From positions 1 through 64,000 of the forward strand of contig CAZWEM010000004.1 in the NCBI GenBank assembly GCA_964632315.1: 64,000 bases of DNA. Reading direction: 5' to 3'. Every line of letters begins with the position of its first letter. Position 1 is the first letter of the stretch. Positions 44,284-55,182 of the stretch are shown here, one piece after another. Under the pieces are notes generated by a model. That model was not told the DNA's origin and made no database searches. It was given only the letters and a program-made list of their open reading frames with translations. This DNA comes from an uncultured archaeon (GTDB lineage Archaea > Asgardarchaeota > Lokiarchaeia > Sigyniarchaeales > SOKP01). The translations under genes and the position numbers were made by a program.

Positions 44284-44802
44284 ATGGCAAAGATCAAAAT
44301 AAAAAAGGGAGATGACGCTCCAAGATTTAAATTGGAGTCTTATAATGCAGGAACTATTGATCTCGATCAGCTTATTGGTTCCCAGAAAATTGTATTAATC
44401 TTTTCTAGATATTTTGGATGTCCTATATGCCAATTAGATTTAGAGACTCTCCTTAAGAGTGTTGATGATATTGAAAAAAAGAATGCCAAAATTCTGTATA
44501 TCACTCAATCAGGTGAAAAAATCGCTAAAAAATTTATAGAAGAGAAAAATATGACCTTCCCAGTTATTCCATCGTCTAAAGACGAATTATATGCTCAATA
44601 TGGTTTAGGAAGATTTTCAGCTGCCGCTGCAGCAAAAGTACTGAGCAGAGGGAAACAGGCTAAAAAAGCGGGTTATGAGCATGGGGAATATGAAGGTTAT
44701 GAAATGCAGTGTCCTGGACAATTTGTCATTGATACTGAGGGAAAAATCATACACGCCAAGATGGATTGGTTAGATGTTCCCGAAATCCTACAAGTTTTAT
44801 AA
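44284..44802 (+). CDS. AhpC/TSA-family thioredoxin-fold (peroxiredoxin-like) protein
   Basis: GDDAPRFKL, FSRYFGCPIC, PGQFVID..GKI. Confidence 0.8.
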   Translation: MAKIKIKKGDDAPRFKLESYNAGTIDLDQLIGSQKIVLIFSRYFGCPICQLDLETLLKSVDDIEKKNAKILYITQSGEKIAKKFIEEKNMTFPVIPSSKDELYAQYGLGRFSAAAAAKVLSRGKQAKKAGYEHGEYEGYEMQCPGQFVIDTEGKIIHAKMDWLDVPEILQVL

Positions 44803-44826
44803 AATGATAAATATTCATGAGAAAAG

Positions 44827-45453
44827 ATGAAAGAGTCAACAAAATACAATTCATATCGATTTGTCGGCACCATCAACATAGATGAAATTATGCCTTGGTT
44901 CGATTTTGATAAAGGAGAGCCTTGGGATGAGAGTGAAGTGCCTTGGGTTTTAGAAGATAAAGTAAGGAGAGAAATTTTACTTCGATTAGCACACTTGGGA
45001 CCTAAAAATTTAGAAGAAATACATGCTTTAATCAATTTTTCACCAAAGCCTTTAATAATCCGATCAGATGAATATATTCCATCAATAAAGTATCAATGGG
45101 AGAGAGAGGTTATCCAAAATCATCTAATGAACTTAGAATGGTATGGTTTAATCAAGCACACCGAAAATCGATATGAAGTGACCTTTCCTGTTTTTTCAAT
45201 GGAAGATTTAGAACATTTAGATAAATTTATTATCAAATTTGCAAATTCTTGGCTTAACGTCGTTAAAGAAATCAAAAAAGATTTCGATCAAGAAAAAATA
45301 AATCTTGGAATTTTGATTGAAAAAACTGTAGAGAAACTCTATTTGATGCTTAAAAGTCAAGGATTTCTGCCTGATATTCCAAATATAAAGCTTTTGTGGG
45401 CTGAAGAACTCCGGAAAATCAAATTTGAAGAATGGTTAAGTAAGAATTTTTAG
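44827..45453 (+). CDS. Hypothetical protein with a winged-helix-like segment
   Basis: RREILLRLA..GP..LEEI ... HLMNLEWYGLI. Confidence 0.6.
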   Translation: MKESTKYNSYRFVGTINIDEIMPWFDFDKGEPWDESEVPWVLEDKVRREILLRLAHLGPKNLEEIHALINFSPKPLIIRSDEYIPSIKYQWEREVIQNHLMNLEWYGLIKHTENRYEVTFPVFSMEDLEHLDKFIIKFANSWLNVVKEIKKDFDQEKINLGILIEKTVEKLYLMLKSQGFLPDIPNIKLLWAEELRKIKFEEWLSKNF

Positions 45454-45495
45454 ATTATCATATATCAATAGAAACATAGTAATTTTTTTTATCTC

Positions 45496-46341
45496 TTATT
45501 TCAAAATCAGATTTATCGCTACATAAATAATCCATGCTTGAATATTTATTGTTAATATCCACTCAACAAGAGGGTTTAAATCGGTTAATAGGAGTAATAG
45601 AAAGTTAAGACCAGTAGCAAAACCAATTACCACATGAAGAAAAGTGTAATGCCCACTTTTTAACATTAAGCCGCTATATAAGCAGATATAGACCACAGAA
45701 CCTATAAAACCAGTGAAAGCAACAATTGAATGAAAAATTTGGAAAAATTCAGGATTAAGTGGATCTGGCAATATCGCTACAAGAGCAATACATAGGGATG
45801 TTATGATCGCGATGGAAGTGGCGATTCTTCTTAAAAAGTCATTAATCCCTCTCAAAGTTTTCTCAAGATATAAAATAAACGGAATGGATAGTGAACCTCC
45901 AATTACAAATCCTATTGAAAAAAGTGTTCTAGCTGTTCCTTCCCCCAAAGAACTTACAGTATCGAAAAAAGGGTTATAACCCGGTGTAATGATTGCTGCC
46001 ACTATAATTATGATCAAATTTATCACTACGCCAATGAGTCCAAAATAGCATTCTATTTTTGAAAGGTACATATCAGTAAAATACATTATACGTTCTGAAG
46101 GAATCGACTCAGAAAGTACAGATATCTTATTAATTACACCTTTCACGCCCCTAAGCGCCTTTGTTAATGACTCGACTTTTAATTTTTCAAAAAGTTCGCT
46201 GATGTCTCCCTCTAAAGTCACTATACCATTAGAGACTGAAGTTCGAAGTCTAGAAAGTTCTTTATTCTTATTTTTTTTTAATTTAGAATCGAGATTTTCC
46301 TTAATCTCTTGATCTGTCTTGCCCATTTTATCTTGTTCCAC
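45496..46341 (-). CDS. BON domain fused to a DUF998-like membrane domain
   Basis: V.NGIVTLEG...GVKGVINKI; PGYNPF..TVSSLG, H..VA, EW. Confidence 0.7.
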   Translation of the reverse strand: MEQDKMGKTDQEIKENLDSKLKKNKNKELSRLRTSVSNGIVTLEGDISELFEKLKVESLTKALRGVKGVINKISVLSESIPSERIMYFTDMYLSKIECYFGLIGVVINLIIIIVAAIITPGYNPFFDTVSSLGEGTARTLFSIGFVIGGSLSIPFILYLEKTLRGINDFLRRIATSIAIITSLCIALVAILPDPLNPEFFQIFHSIVAFTGFIGSVVYICLYSGLMLKSGHYTFLHVVIGFATGLNFLLLLLTDLNPLVEWILTINIQAWIIYVAINLILK

Positions 46342-46531
46342 TTTTTAATTAACTAAAAATTTGAAATTCTTCATCAATAAAGAATTTTATGACCATATTA
46401 TGAGAATGACACGCAGATATCACTTAATTTCAAAAGAAAAAATCTTATCTTCTCTATATATATGTAGATATTTCTCTAAAATTATCGAGATATCTACAAC
46501 TTAAAGGATAAGGTACTCAAATTTTTAAGGA

Positions 46532-46810
46532 ATGGTCATGTTATCATCTAATTTTGGAGATCAAGAGCCTGTTCTCAACTTAAATAGTTTATTCGAAGAT
46601 AAAGTTATAGGACAAGAATTAAAAGAAAAGGTCGATAAATTACAAAAGAAAGATGTGGGGGATAATTTAATATTACTTAATGAAATCAAAGAGATACTTC
46701 ATAACTGCACGCATTTAACTCCCGAACAAAAATTAATGTACTGTCAGTCGCAAAGATATTTCATGAAACTTTATTTACGAGAGGTAAATAAAGAAATGGT
46801 TCGAGATTAA
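46532..46810 (+). CDS. Hypothetical protein
   Basis: 92-aa ORF filling the gap, convergent overlap with the next gene. Confidence 0.5.
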   Translation: MVMLSSNFGDQEPVLNLNSLFEDKVIGQELKEKVDKLQKKDVGDNLILLNEIKEILHNCTHLTPEQKLMYCQSQRYFMKLYLREVNKEMVRD

Positions 46811-47163
46811 AAATAGCCAATATGACCAATATTATTTCCCTCTGCATCCAAAGCGTATATTAAACCCATACTCAAATTCTCTTTTTCATCGGTAGCGGTT
46901 TTTGGTTTTACAACATTTTTAATTGTTTCAAGCTTTAAAATGAAAGTGCCACCACATTTCTTACATTTAATATATATCTTTTTTATACTTTTTTTGTCGT
47001 CTTCAGATTCTTCCATTTTAAAAGGTTCAAGGAGTTTGATGTCTTTATTATCGCAATTCTTAAGGAAACATTGATCTAATGAAATTTTTTCCATACCTCT
47101 ACGAGCTAAAGAAATATACGCAAAACTAGGAATTTCTTGCCATAGATTTTCGTTATTGTTCAT
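46807..47163 (-). CDS. Hypothetical Zn-binding protein
   Basis: CFLKNC and CKKC pairs. Confidence 0.65.
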   Translation of the reverse strand: MNNNENLWQEIPSFAYISLARRGMEKISLDQCFLKNCDNKDIKLLEPFKMEESEDDKKSIKKIYIKCKKCGGTFILKLETIKNVVKPKTATDEKENLSMGLIYALDAEGNNIGHIGYF

Positions 47164-47254
47164 GATGAATGCAAATATGAGGAGTTATTAATTTTTTATT
47201 ATTATTTTTCAGAAAAAAGATTAATTAATATCACAATTTTTGATTATATAGAAA

Positions 47255-47560
47255 ATGTCTGTGAAGAAACAAATCTCAAAAGATGATTTAGAAAATCTAT
47301 CAAAATTAGCAATGTTAAATTTATCTGATGAAGAAAAAGAGAAATTAATTCCACAATTAAACGAGATAATTAAATATTTCAAAAAATTGAATGATTTAGA
47401 TACAAAGAATATCCAACCAATAACGCATCCAATTGAAGGTTTAAAGAACGTATTTCGAAAGGATGTTCCTAAGGAATCGCTTTCCACTGAAGAAGCTCTC
47501 AAAAACGCGCAACATAAAAAAGAGGGATATTTTAAAGCTCCAAGAATCTTAAAAGAATAA
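47255..47560 (+). CDS. gatC: Asp/Glu-tRNA amidotransferase subunit C
   Basis: L.KLAML.L, LN.II.Y, NVFRKD, ALKNA, GYFKAPRI. Confidence 0.93.
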   Translation: MSVKKQISKDDLENLSKLAMLNLSDEEKEKLIPQLNEIIKYFKKLNDLDTKNIQPITHPIEGLKNVFRKDVPKESLSTEEALKNAQHKKEGYFKAPRILKE

Positions 47561-47563
47561 ATC

Positions 47564-48565
47564 TCATTCTTTATACTCTCTTGTAAGGAATTCTATTGCT
47601 TCTTCCATATCTTTGAGTGCTTTTTTCCTCTCTTTTCGACTGAGGTTATAAAAATCTTCACTTAAATTTGTACCGATCTTTTCCGTTTGAGCAATGGGTT
47701 TGAATTTTTTATAAACCAAAGCATTAATATAACGCTCATAATGACCAAATGCTTTGTTTAGATCTGGTGAATCTTTAATTTTATCCCATAATTCCAGGGT
47801 TTCCAAAGATCGTAAGCCAATATCGATTCTGAACCAACTAATTGGAAAAAGTATTTCTCGTTTAATTCCATATTCAATTAATTTTATGTTATCTTCATCA
47901 ATGTAGAATTCTGGCAATTGATCTCTACTAAAAACAATATTATCACTTAAAATATACAAGTTAGCAGCATTACTGGAAGTACATACCACACCTACCGCAA
48001 ACCCTTTAGCTAATCTTAATTTATTTATTAGATCCTCTAATTTTGATCCCTTAATGTGTAAATTATGCATTTTAACTCCTTGAAATTCAACTTTGATTTT
48101 CTTGATCCCTTTATCATCATAAATTATTGCAGGAAAGAGATTTTTTTCTCTAGTTACTTTATGTGCTTCCATTAGTTTATTAATGATGGGATAATCTAAA
48201 TTTAATCCAGGGATGACCGTAGTATTGGCATTTAAAAAGGCGTCAACTTCAAAATCCGCTATTCCATAAAAAATTTTCTGGTTATTAATGATTTGGTAAA
48301 TGATGTTTATAATCGCGTCAGTTAGAGCTTCTGGATCTTCTCGAATGGAGTCATATTCAGTTGTAGTAAATGTATCGATTTGATCTTCAAGCCCCTTCTC
48401 TTCATAAAATGCTGCCCAAGACATCTCAGTGTAAATATTTCCTTCATTATAAAAATTATGCTGATTATCAATGCTGATAATTGATTTAGAGCCTCCTATT
48501 TCCACACCCTTTTTTGTTCCAGCAGCTAATAAGCTTTTTGGAGGATCAAAAAATTCTATCGACAA
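47564..48565 (-). CDS. Hypothetical protein
   Basis: 333-aa ORF; no family recognised. Confidence 0.75.
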   Translation of the reverse strand: MSIEFFDPPKSLLAAGTKKGVEIGGSKSIISIDNQHNFYNEGNIYTEMSWAAFYEEKGLEDQIDTFTTTEYDSIREDPEALTDAIINIIYQIINNQKIFYGIADFEVDAFLNANTTVIPGLNLDYPIINKLMEAHKVTREKNLFPAIIYDDKGIKKIKVEFQGVKMHNLHIKGSKLEDLINKLRLAKGFAVGVVCTSSNAANLYILSDNIVFSRDQLPEFYIDEDNIKLIEYGIKREILFPISWFRIDIGLRSLETLELWDKIKDSPDLNKAFGHYERYINALVYKKFKPIAQTEKIGTNLSEDFYNLSRKERKKALKDMEEAIEFLTREYKE

Positions 48566-48657
48566 TTGATGATAACCTTGATTTATTTCAATACTCTATT
48601 AATAATAGATTCGATTTAATATAAAAAATTAGTGAAAGAGATAAGAAATACAGATTT

Positions 48658-51270
48658 TTATACATTTTTTATTGGTAATTGTATCGTAAATGTTGAACCT
48701 TTATTTTTACCGGGAGATTCTGCTTTTAATTGACCATTATGTAAACGAACAATTTCATGGGCTATATGAAGGCCTAAGCCAGTACTACCTAAGTCAATGC
48801 CTACTTTTCTTTCTTGAATATTAGCGATTTTAGTAAATTTTTTGAACAATTCTTGAATCTCATCTTTAGATAATCCTATTCCAGAATCCCGTATGGATAT
48901 TTCTGCTATACTATCTAATTTCTTCAAACTTAACCATATCTGACCATTAGGAAAAGTGTATTTTATTGAATTTGTCAATATATTTGTCAATACCAATTCT
49001 ATTCTAGAAACGTCAATCATAAGATTCAATTCTGTTGGTAAATCTAATTCTATCACTTGATTTTTTTTCTTTATTAAATAACTCAGTTCGTTAACACACT
49101 TTTTTATAATCTCGCATAAATTAGCTGTTTCTAATTCTAGTTTAAACATTTTTGATTCGATTTTAGACACATCAAGCAAATCATCCACGAGTTTTTTTAA
49201 TCTTTTTGTTCCAGTAAATGCCATTTCAAGGAGCTCAAGCTCTTCACTTCTAAATCTATCCCGATATAAGGTATTTAATAATTGGTAAGCCCCGTATACA
49301 GTGGTTATGGGTGTTTTCAATTCGTGAGAGGCCCTATCAATGAAATCTTTTCTCATTTCATCAAGTTCTTTTAACTTTTGTTCTGCTTCCTTTTTTTCAG
49401 ATATATCATGACCCATCACAATTATAAATACGTCATCTCCAATGGTCATTAATGAAGATTCAATATTCGCCCAGATATGAGAGTCATCTTTTCTTTTTAA
49501 TTGTACATCCACCGGAGGTAATGATTCTCCTTGTCCAATTTTACCAAGTCTTTCAAGCAATAAGGGTAATTGTTCTTTCTTTACAACAAGTAATTTACTA
49601 TACTTCTTCCCTAATATCTCATCTCGTTTAAAGCCAATTAATCTTTCTACAGCAGGATTACATTCTTTAATGCTTCCCTTTTTATCTATTAAAATAATAC
49701 CAAAGGGAGCGTTCTCAAAAAGAAATCTATATTTTTCTTCTGATTCTGTTAATCTCTGCCTTGCTTCTTTTTTCTCAGTTATGTCTAAAAAGGATACCAA
49801 ATATGCTGGTTTTTCTTCATATATAATCTTCTTGTAATAAACTTCTAACCATATGACTTTTCCAGATTTCTTGATAGCTCTTGCTTCATATGAACGAATA
49901 CCATTTTTAAAATAGTCGTCAGCTGTGGTAGCTAATTCTATTATCATTTTTTTATCTGAAGGATGGATTGTTTTAAAAAATTCACCAGGTTTCCATCTCT
50001 TTAACTCCTCTTCAGAATATTCTAATAGATTTGCTAAAATGTGGTTAATGTACTTGATTTTTTCATCCTGAATTATACAAATACCCAAAAGTGATTGTTC
50101 AGCAATAGTTCGGAATTTCATTTCTGATTCTTCAACTTTTTCTTGAGCTTTTTTCATTTCAGTAATATCATGAATAATGCTCCTAATGCCGACTATTTCT
50201 GCATCTTTTATTATGGGACTTGCAAATACACTAGTGTCTATGTATGACCCATCTTTTTTTCTTAATCTAATTAATTCGGGTCCTACTTGTTCTCCTTTAT
50301 ATAACTTCTTTAGATAAATTAACACATCATCCTTTTCTTCTGGATGAAGAAAATCAAAAACAGTCAACCCTTTAACAAAATCTTCATGTGAGTATCCAAA
50401 TACCTTAGAAGCTACCAAATTAGTATATGATAAGTTATAATTCAAGTCCAATTCGAATATCACTTCGGGTAGCGTGTTTGCTAAGTCCCGATATCGTTGT
50501 TGGGATTCTTTTAATTTATTTTCATTTTTAATGCGGTCTGTGATATCTCTAGATACCGTCATCACTAGTTGATTTCCTTCCTCATCTTGGAATCTCCTAC
50601 CAGTTGTTTCAAACCAAATATAATGCCCATTCTTATCTCTGATTCTCGCGATTATCCTTCCCTCCCCATATTTCAAAACATCTCTAAAGGCATCAATAAC
50701 GAGATTTACGTCTTGAGGATGCAGTAGATCTATTGGATTAATTTTAAGTAATTCGTCTTCTTCATATCCCATCTTTTTTTTATGAATTGGTGCATTGACA
50801 TATTCAATACGAAAATCTGGATTCAAAACTGTGATCAAATCACTAACACTTTCAGAATAGATTTGGTATCTCTTTTGTGAATTTCTTAGTTTTATTTCCA
50901 ATTTTTTGTTTAAAGTGAATTCTTCTAAAAATACTTGTAAGTAGAGAGATTTATCGATTTGGATTGGAGAGATCGTGAATTTTAACCATTTAGTATCCGA
51001 TCCCATATTAAATCGTACCTCTTTTGGACCAAAAGAAGAATTAATCCTATTTAATTTGAGTTTCTCAAAAATTTCTTTAATGTTATCATTAGAAAATGGT
51101 GGAATTTCAGTTATTGTTTTATTTTTTACCAATTTTGTTTTTAAACCAAGAATTTGCTCGACTGCAGTATTTATATTGACAATTTTAGAATTTGAGTCTA
51201 ATAAAATGATTGAAATTGGAGAATTTTTGGCAAATAAAATGTAATCATCAATAGAAATATTGTTGTTCAT
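48658..51270 (-). CDS. Cytoplasmic multi-PAS (about 5) sensor histidine kinase
   Basis: Repeated PAS/PAC ending in DITE/DITD; ASHELKTP H-box; N box NILTNSIKY; DSGIG and GLGL. Confidence 0.93.
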   Translation of the reverse strand: MNNNISIDDYILFAKNSPISIILLDSNSKIVNINTAVEQILGLKTKLVKNKTITEIPPFSNDNIKEIFEKLKLNRINSSFGPKEVRFNMGSDTKWLKFTISPIQIDKSLYLQVFLEEFTLNKKLEIKLRNSQKRYQIYSESVSDLITVLNPDFRIEYVNAPIHKKKMGYEEDELLKINPIDLLHPQDVNLVIDAFRDVLKYGEGRIIARIRDKNGHYIWFETTGRRFQDEEGNQLVMTVSRDITDRIKNENKLKESQQRYRDLANTLPEVIFELDLNYNLSYTNLVASKVFGYSHEDFVKGLTVFDFLHPEEKDDVLIYLKKLYKGEQVGPELIRLRKKDGSYIDTSVFASPIIKDAEIVGIRSIIHDITEMKKAQEKVEESEMKFRTIAEQSLLGICIIQDEKIKYINHILANLLEYSEEELKRWKPGEFFKTIHPSDKKMIIELATTADDYFKNGIRSYEARAIKKSGKVIWLEVYYKKIIYEEKPAYLVSFLDITEKKEARQRLTESEEKYRFLFENAPFGIILIDKKGSIKECNPAVERLIGFKRDEILGKKYSKLLVVKKEQLPLLLERLGKIGQGESLPPVDVQLKRKDDSHIWANIESSLMTIGDDVFIIVMGHDISEKKEAEQKLKELDEMRKDFIDRASHELKTPITTVYGAYQLLNTLYRDRFRSEELELLEMAFTGTKRLKKLVDDLLDVSKIESKMFKLELETANLCEIIKKCVNELSYLIKKKNQVIELDLPTELNLMIDVSRIELVLTNILTNSIKYTFPNGQIWLSLKKLDSIAEISIRDSGIGLSKDEIQELFKKFTKIANIQERKVGIDLGSTGLGLHIAHEIVRLHNGQLKAESPGKNKGSTFTIQLPIKNV

Positions 51271-51398
51271 ACTAAATCCTATAGGTTGTGCGAGAGATTG
51301 ATGAAAAATCTTTATGTTTAACTACTAATATAAGAATAGAATTTCTATTTAACATTTTCTCATTATTCAAAAGAATATTATATGCCAATGAATTATAT

Positions 51399-52964
51399 CT
51401 AAGATCTTTTTCTGCGAAATTCAGAATATTTTATGAGTATCTCCAAACAACTGGTAGTATAATCCCATAACTCAAATATCGGAATATCATAAGAAATAAA
51501 TTTCTGAAACCATGGATAACGATAAGGGAATGGTCCAGCATAAAAAACGGGTATGGAATATTTTTGCATGAGCCTTATAATGGGCTTTAAGACGGAACGA
51601 TCAATCAAATGTTTCACATTCTTAACATCTTCACTTATTTCCATTCCAGAAGATTCCATAGTACTAATTACATCATCAAAATCAAATACTCCATATACTA
51701 TTACTGCATCAATTTCATTTGATTTCATTAAAATTTTCGGAAATTTATAAAACAAATTCGTAAAATTCACATCGAACGTTACATCTATGGGATTATCCGA
51801 ACTCCCAGTATTGGGTACTAATTGTGAGAACTCGTGAATTAACTCCTTTGAAAAGCGTGGAACTTTTAGTCCGGATAGTTCTGCTCTTTTAACTATGAGA
51901 CTATTAGCTCCACCTGAATCTGAGATAATTCCAATCCTATTTCCCTTTAAAAAAACATTAAATTTCTGAGCAAAAGAGAGAGTCCTCAGGAAAAATAAAA
52001 AATCCATGATGGAATTGGTTGAAATAATTCCAGTTTCCTTAAATACCGCATCCAATATTTTTTGATCTCCCCCCATCGATCCCGTATGACTCATTATTGA
52101 ACGTTTTGCCGCTTCTGTCCCGCCAGCGTAAATCGCAACAATTGGTTTGTAGGGAGTTATCTTTTTAGCTAAAGTAATAAATTGCTTACCACGCTTTATT
52201 TCTTCAATATAGAGACCAATTACCCCAGTTTGAGGATCATCTTTTAAATATTCCAAAATATCTACAAGATCTATATTTCTCTCATTACCGACAGAAATGG
52301 ACTTACTAATTTTAACCCCATATTCTTTTGCATGCCAAAATGTTTGCGCAGCAATGGTTCCAGATTGACTAATAAGAGATATATTTCCCTTGTCAGGAAT
52401 CGCATATGGCCAGAAGGTATTAAGATAAGCATCTGGTTTTTCTGGATATCCATACCATCCATTATAGAATCCTAAACAATTTGGTCCAATAAATCGCATT
52501 CCATATTTTTTAGCAATTTCATCAATTTGTCTTGAAAGCTTTTTTCCTTCCAAACCACTTTCACGAAATCCTCCAGAGGTTATTAAAAGATACTTAACTC
52601 CTTTTTCTCCACATTCTTCCATTACTTGGGGCACCACCCTAGGTGGTAGGATTAAGAATGCCAAATCAGGGACAATAGGAACATCCATAATTGACTTGTA
52701 AGCTTTAAATCCCTGGACACTTTCTAATCGAGGATGGATGGGAAAAAGATTTTCTTCAAAACCCTTCCCAGAAATTATGTTTCTGAACTGCATTGACCCC
52801 ATAGTATTCATTAAATCATTATTTGCTCCAAAGATTGCTATGCTTTTTGGATTTAAGATTGCTTCCACAAAGTGATCAGGTCTTTTGTTAGTTTCACTCA
52901 ATTTTTTAGCCGAAAAGGTTAAATTATTTTTGAATATAGAAAATTGAATGTAAAAATATCCCAA
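51399..52964 (-). CDS. ADP-forming acyl-CoA synthetase alpha subunit (start may be near 52901)
   Basis: NPKSIAIFGA, GPNCLG, SQSG, SVGN, SHTG phospho-His, NPID. Confidence 0.87.
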   Translation of the reverse strand: MGYFYIQFSIFKNNLTFSAKKLSETNKRPDHFVEAILNPKSIAIFGANNDLMNTMGSMQFRNIISGKGFEENLFPIHPRLESVQGFKAYKSIMDVPIVPDLAFLILPPRVVPQVMEECGEKGVKYLLITSGGFRESGLEGKKLSRQIDEIAKKYGMRFIGPNCLGFYNGWYGYPEKPDAYLNTFWPYAIPDKGNISLISQSGTIAAQTFWHAKEYGVKISKSISVGNERNIDLVDILEYLKDDPQTGVIGLYIEEIKRGKQFITLAKKITPYKPIVAIYAGGTEAAKRSIMSHTGSMGGDQKILDAVFKETGIISTNSIMDFLFFLRTLSFAQKFNVFLKGNRIGIISDSGGANSLIVKRAELSGLKVPRFSKELIHEFSQLVPNTGSSDNPIDVTFDVNFTNLFYKFPKILMKSNEIDAVIVYGVFDFDDVISTMESSGMEISEDVKNVKHLIDRSVLKPIIRLMQKYSIPVFYAGPFPYRYPWFQKFISYDIPIFELWDYTTSCLEILIKYSEFRRKRS

Positions 52965-53012
52965 TAGTTATGAAGTTTCTCTTGATTTAAATGAAAGAAT
53001 TTAAAAAAATTT

Positions 53013-53531
53013 CTATTTTTTACCAGTTGAACCAAATCCACCTAAGCCCCTTTCAGAATTAGGTAGTTCAGTGGTTTCAATAGCTTCATATTCATGCATT
53101 TTAGACAAGATAATTTGGCAGATACGATCTCCTTTATGAAGAATCACATCATTGTTAGATAAGTTTACCACGATAGCCATCCATTCATTTCTATACCCTG
53201 AATCAATTGTTCCGGGTGTATTGACTATTGAAATGCCTTCCCATAATGCTAACCCACTCCTTGGTACTACTTTAAAATAATAACCATTTGGAATTGCGGT
53301 CGCAAAACCCAGTGGACAACCCACTCTTTCTAAAGGTCTAAGAGTATAAGATTCAGAGTCAATATCAACAAGCTTTTTCTCTCCTTCCCCTTTTAAAATT
53401 TTTTTAAAACCCATAATTCGAGCATCTGCACCTGCATCTCCAGATTTTGAAGGAATAGGTATTTTAGTCCCTTTTCTTAAAACCTTAAATTGAACCTCAA
53501 GCATCTTCGCATTTTTATTCATGCTAATCAA
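53013..53531 (-). CDS. dut: Trimeric dUTPase
   Basis: AGAD, PRSGLA, GTIDSGYR, RICQ, RGLGGFGSTG. Confidence 0.95.
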   Translation of the reverse strand: MISMNKNAKMLEVQFKVLRKGTKIPIPSKSGDAGADARIMGFKKILKGEGEKKLVDIDSESYTLRPLERVGCPLGFATAIPNGYYFKVVPRSGLALWEGISIVNTPGTIDSGYRNEWMAIVVNLSNNDVILHKGDRICQIILSKMHEYEAIETTELPNSERGLGGFGSTGKK

Positions 53532-53639
53532 GTTAATTTAGAATATATTTTAAAAAAGAATTATTATTAAGGATTAATTATAGGGGTTTAAGGATTAATA
53601 TTCAATAAACTAAAATTAATAAAAAATAGTGAAGCATTA

Positions 53640-54095
53640 TTGCTTGTAGTAGATCGATACGATCCTCGAATAGATAAAGACGATTTAAAAGAAATTTTTG
53701 AGGATTTCATTGAAAATAAAGCATATTTCTTTTCGCACTGGCAAAAGTTCCAAGAAGAAACCAACAAGAGATCACTCGACCTTCAGTATAGAAATTCGAT
53801 GATCGTTGCTAAAGAAGAAGGTAAAATCGTGGGCTGGGGAACTTATACAATTTTTCGAGATTATTTAGGTAATGAGAGAGTTTTAATTCATCAAGTTTTG
53901 ACCAGAAAAGAAGATTCTTATAAAAAAGGAATAGAAGAAAAAATAATACGTGAACTTCAATTATATGTAAAGAAAACTCTAAAAATAGATAAGACTTACT
54001 TTATCTGTCCAGATTCTGATGGTGCATTAAGAAGTATTTTCATGAAATTAGGGTTTAAAAAATCTCAACATGTATGGTACGAGGGATCTATATAA
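53640..54095 (+). CDS. GNAT-fold protein
   Basis: IVAKEEGKIVGW, YKKGI, F.KLGFK. Confidence 0.65.
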   Translation: MLVVDRYDPRIDKDDLKEIFEDFIENKAYFFSHWQKFQEETNKRSLDLQYRNSMIVAKEEGKIVGWGTYTIFRDYLGNERVLIHQVLTRKEDSYKKGIEEKIIRELQLYVKKTLKIDKTYFICPDSDGALRSIFMKLGFKKSQHVWYEGSI

Positions 54096-54120
54096 TTTCT
54101 AACAATAAAGGAGTCTTAAA

Positions 54121-54840
54121 TTGTCTGACTTAGAGAGGATTTTAAAAGAAGTCGATGAATTGAGAAAGTCAAAAAATTATGTAAAAGCAATAGATTTGCT
54201 AGAAAATGCATATAAAGAAGAAAAATCTTCAAACCAATTACATACCTCATTAGTTGAACTTTTATTTGAATTTGGAAACCAGCAAAATGATGAATTAGTA
54301 GCAAACTACAATGATGCAGTTTTAATTTTTAAAAGAATCACCGAAGTAGAACCTAAAAATTATCGGGCTCATTATAACCTTGGAATTGCATTTCAAAACT
54401 TAAATCAATTGGATAAAGCATTAGAAGCTTTTCAAACTGCAATTGACCTTAAACCCGATTATTATTTTTGTTATTATAATATTGGATTGGTACTTGAGGA
54501 CAAAAATGATTTAGGTAATGCAATCGAGTATTATGAAAAGGCATTAAAAATCGAGCCAAATTTTAGGTATGCAAAACAAGCAATATCGGAGTTAAGAGAA
54601 TTAATTGGTAGGCACTCTAAATTTGAAAATTTTGATCAATTAAAATCTTTAATGTTGATGTCAAACAAAGTTAGGATCGATTTGATCCAAGAAATCCTGA
54701 AAATTACCAAGTCGGAACTGATTGCTTTGTTGACAAAATGGGGTGAAAAATTTAATTTTAATTTAGATGGTGATTATCTTATCATTAACAAAGAGACTTT
54801 AAACGATCTATTTAATGAACTAGAAAATGAGAGTTTTTAA
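54121..54840 (+). CDS. TPR protein with a C-terminal winged-helix/PCI-like domain
   Basis: AHYNLG...A...F..AI...PD and YYNIG...A..YYEKAL...PN repeats. Confidence 0.85.
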   Translation: MSDLERILKEVDELRKSKNYVKAIDLLENAYKEEKSSNQLHTSLVELLFEFGNQQNDELVANYNDAVLIFKRITEVEPKNYRAHYNLGIAFQNLNQLDKALEAFQTAIDLKPDYYFCYYNIGLVLEDKNDLGNAIEYYEKALKIEPNFRYAKQAISELRELIGRHSKFENFDQLKSLMLMSNKVRIDLIQEILKITKSELIALLTKWGEKFNFNLDGDYLIINKETLNDLFNELENESF

Positions 54841-54966
54841 TCAATTTATTATTAATAGGGCTGAAATTTTAACAAATCAAAATTGATTTATCTCTTTAAT
54901 TTCAGTATAATTTGATTTGTATCATACAATTAAAAATAAAAAAAATAATTTTAAACTTAATATAGA

Positions 54967-55182
54967 CTAACGCTCTATTTGGAAGTTTACTTGCATTCTC
55001 ACTCTATAAATGAGTTTGTCTTGATCTTCCTTTACTTTCACGTCGCTTTCAACAATTTGGATATTCCTAATGCCACGAAGCGTTTTTTTCGCTTCTTCAT
55101 AACCGGCACGGACTGCTTCAGCCCAATTTTTCTCACTGGTTGCCACCAGTTGGATACTTTTATATACTGGCATATCATTCAT
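54967..55182 (-). CDS. Dodecin family flavin-binding protein
   Basis: VYK.I.LV.TS..W.EA......A.KTLR.I ... YRV...V.F. Confidence 0.88.
   Translation of the reverse strand: MNDMPVYKSIQLVATSEKNWAEAVRAGYEEAKKTLRGIRNIQIVESDVKVKEDQDKLIYRVRMQVNFQIER

Noticed and set aside
54861-54920. Inverted repeats between the convergent TPR and dodecin genes
   Set aside because: The pairing is almost all A/T; at most a terminator-like element, not distinguishable from background.
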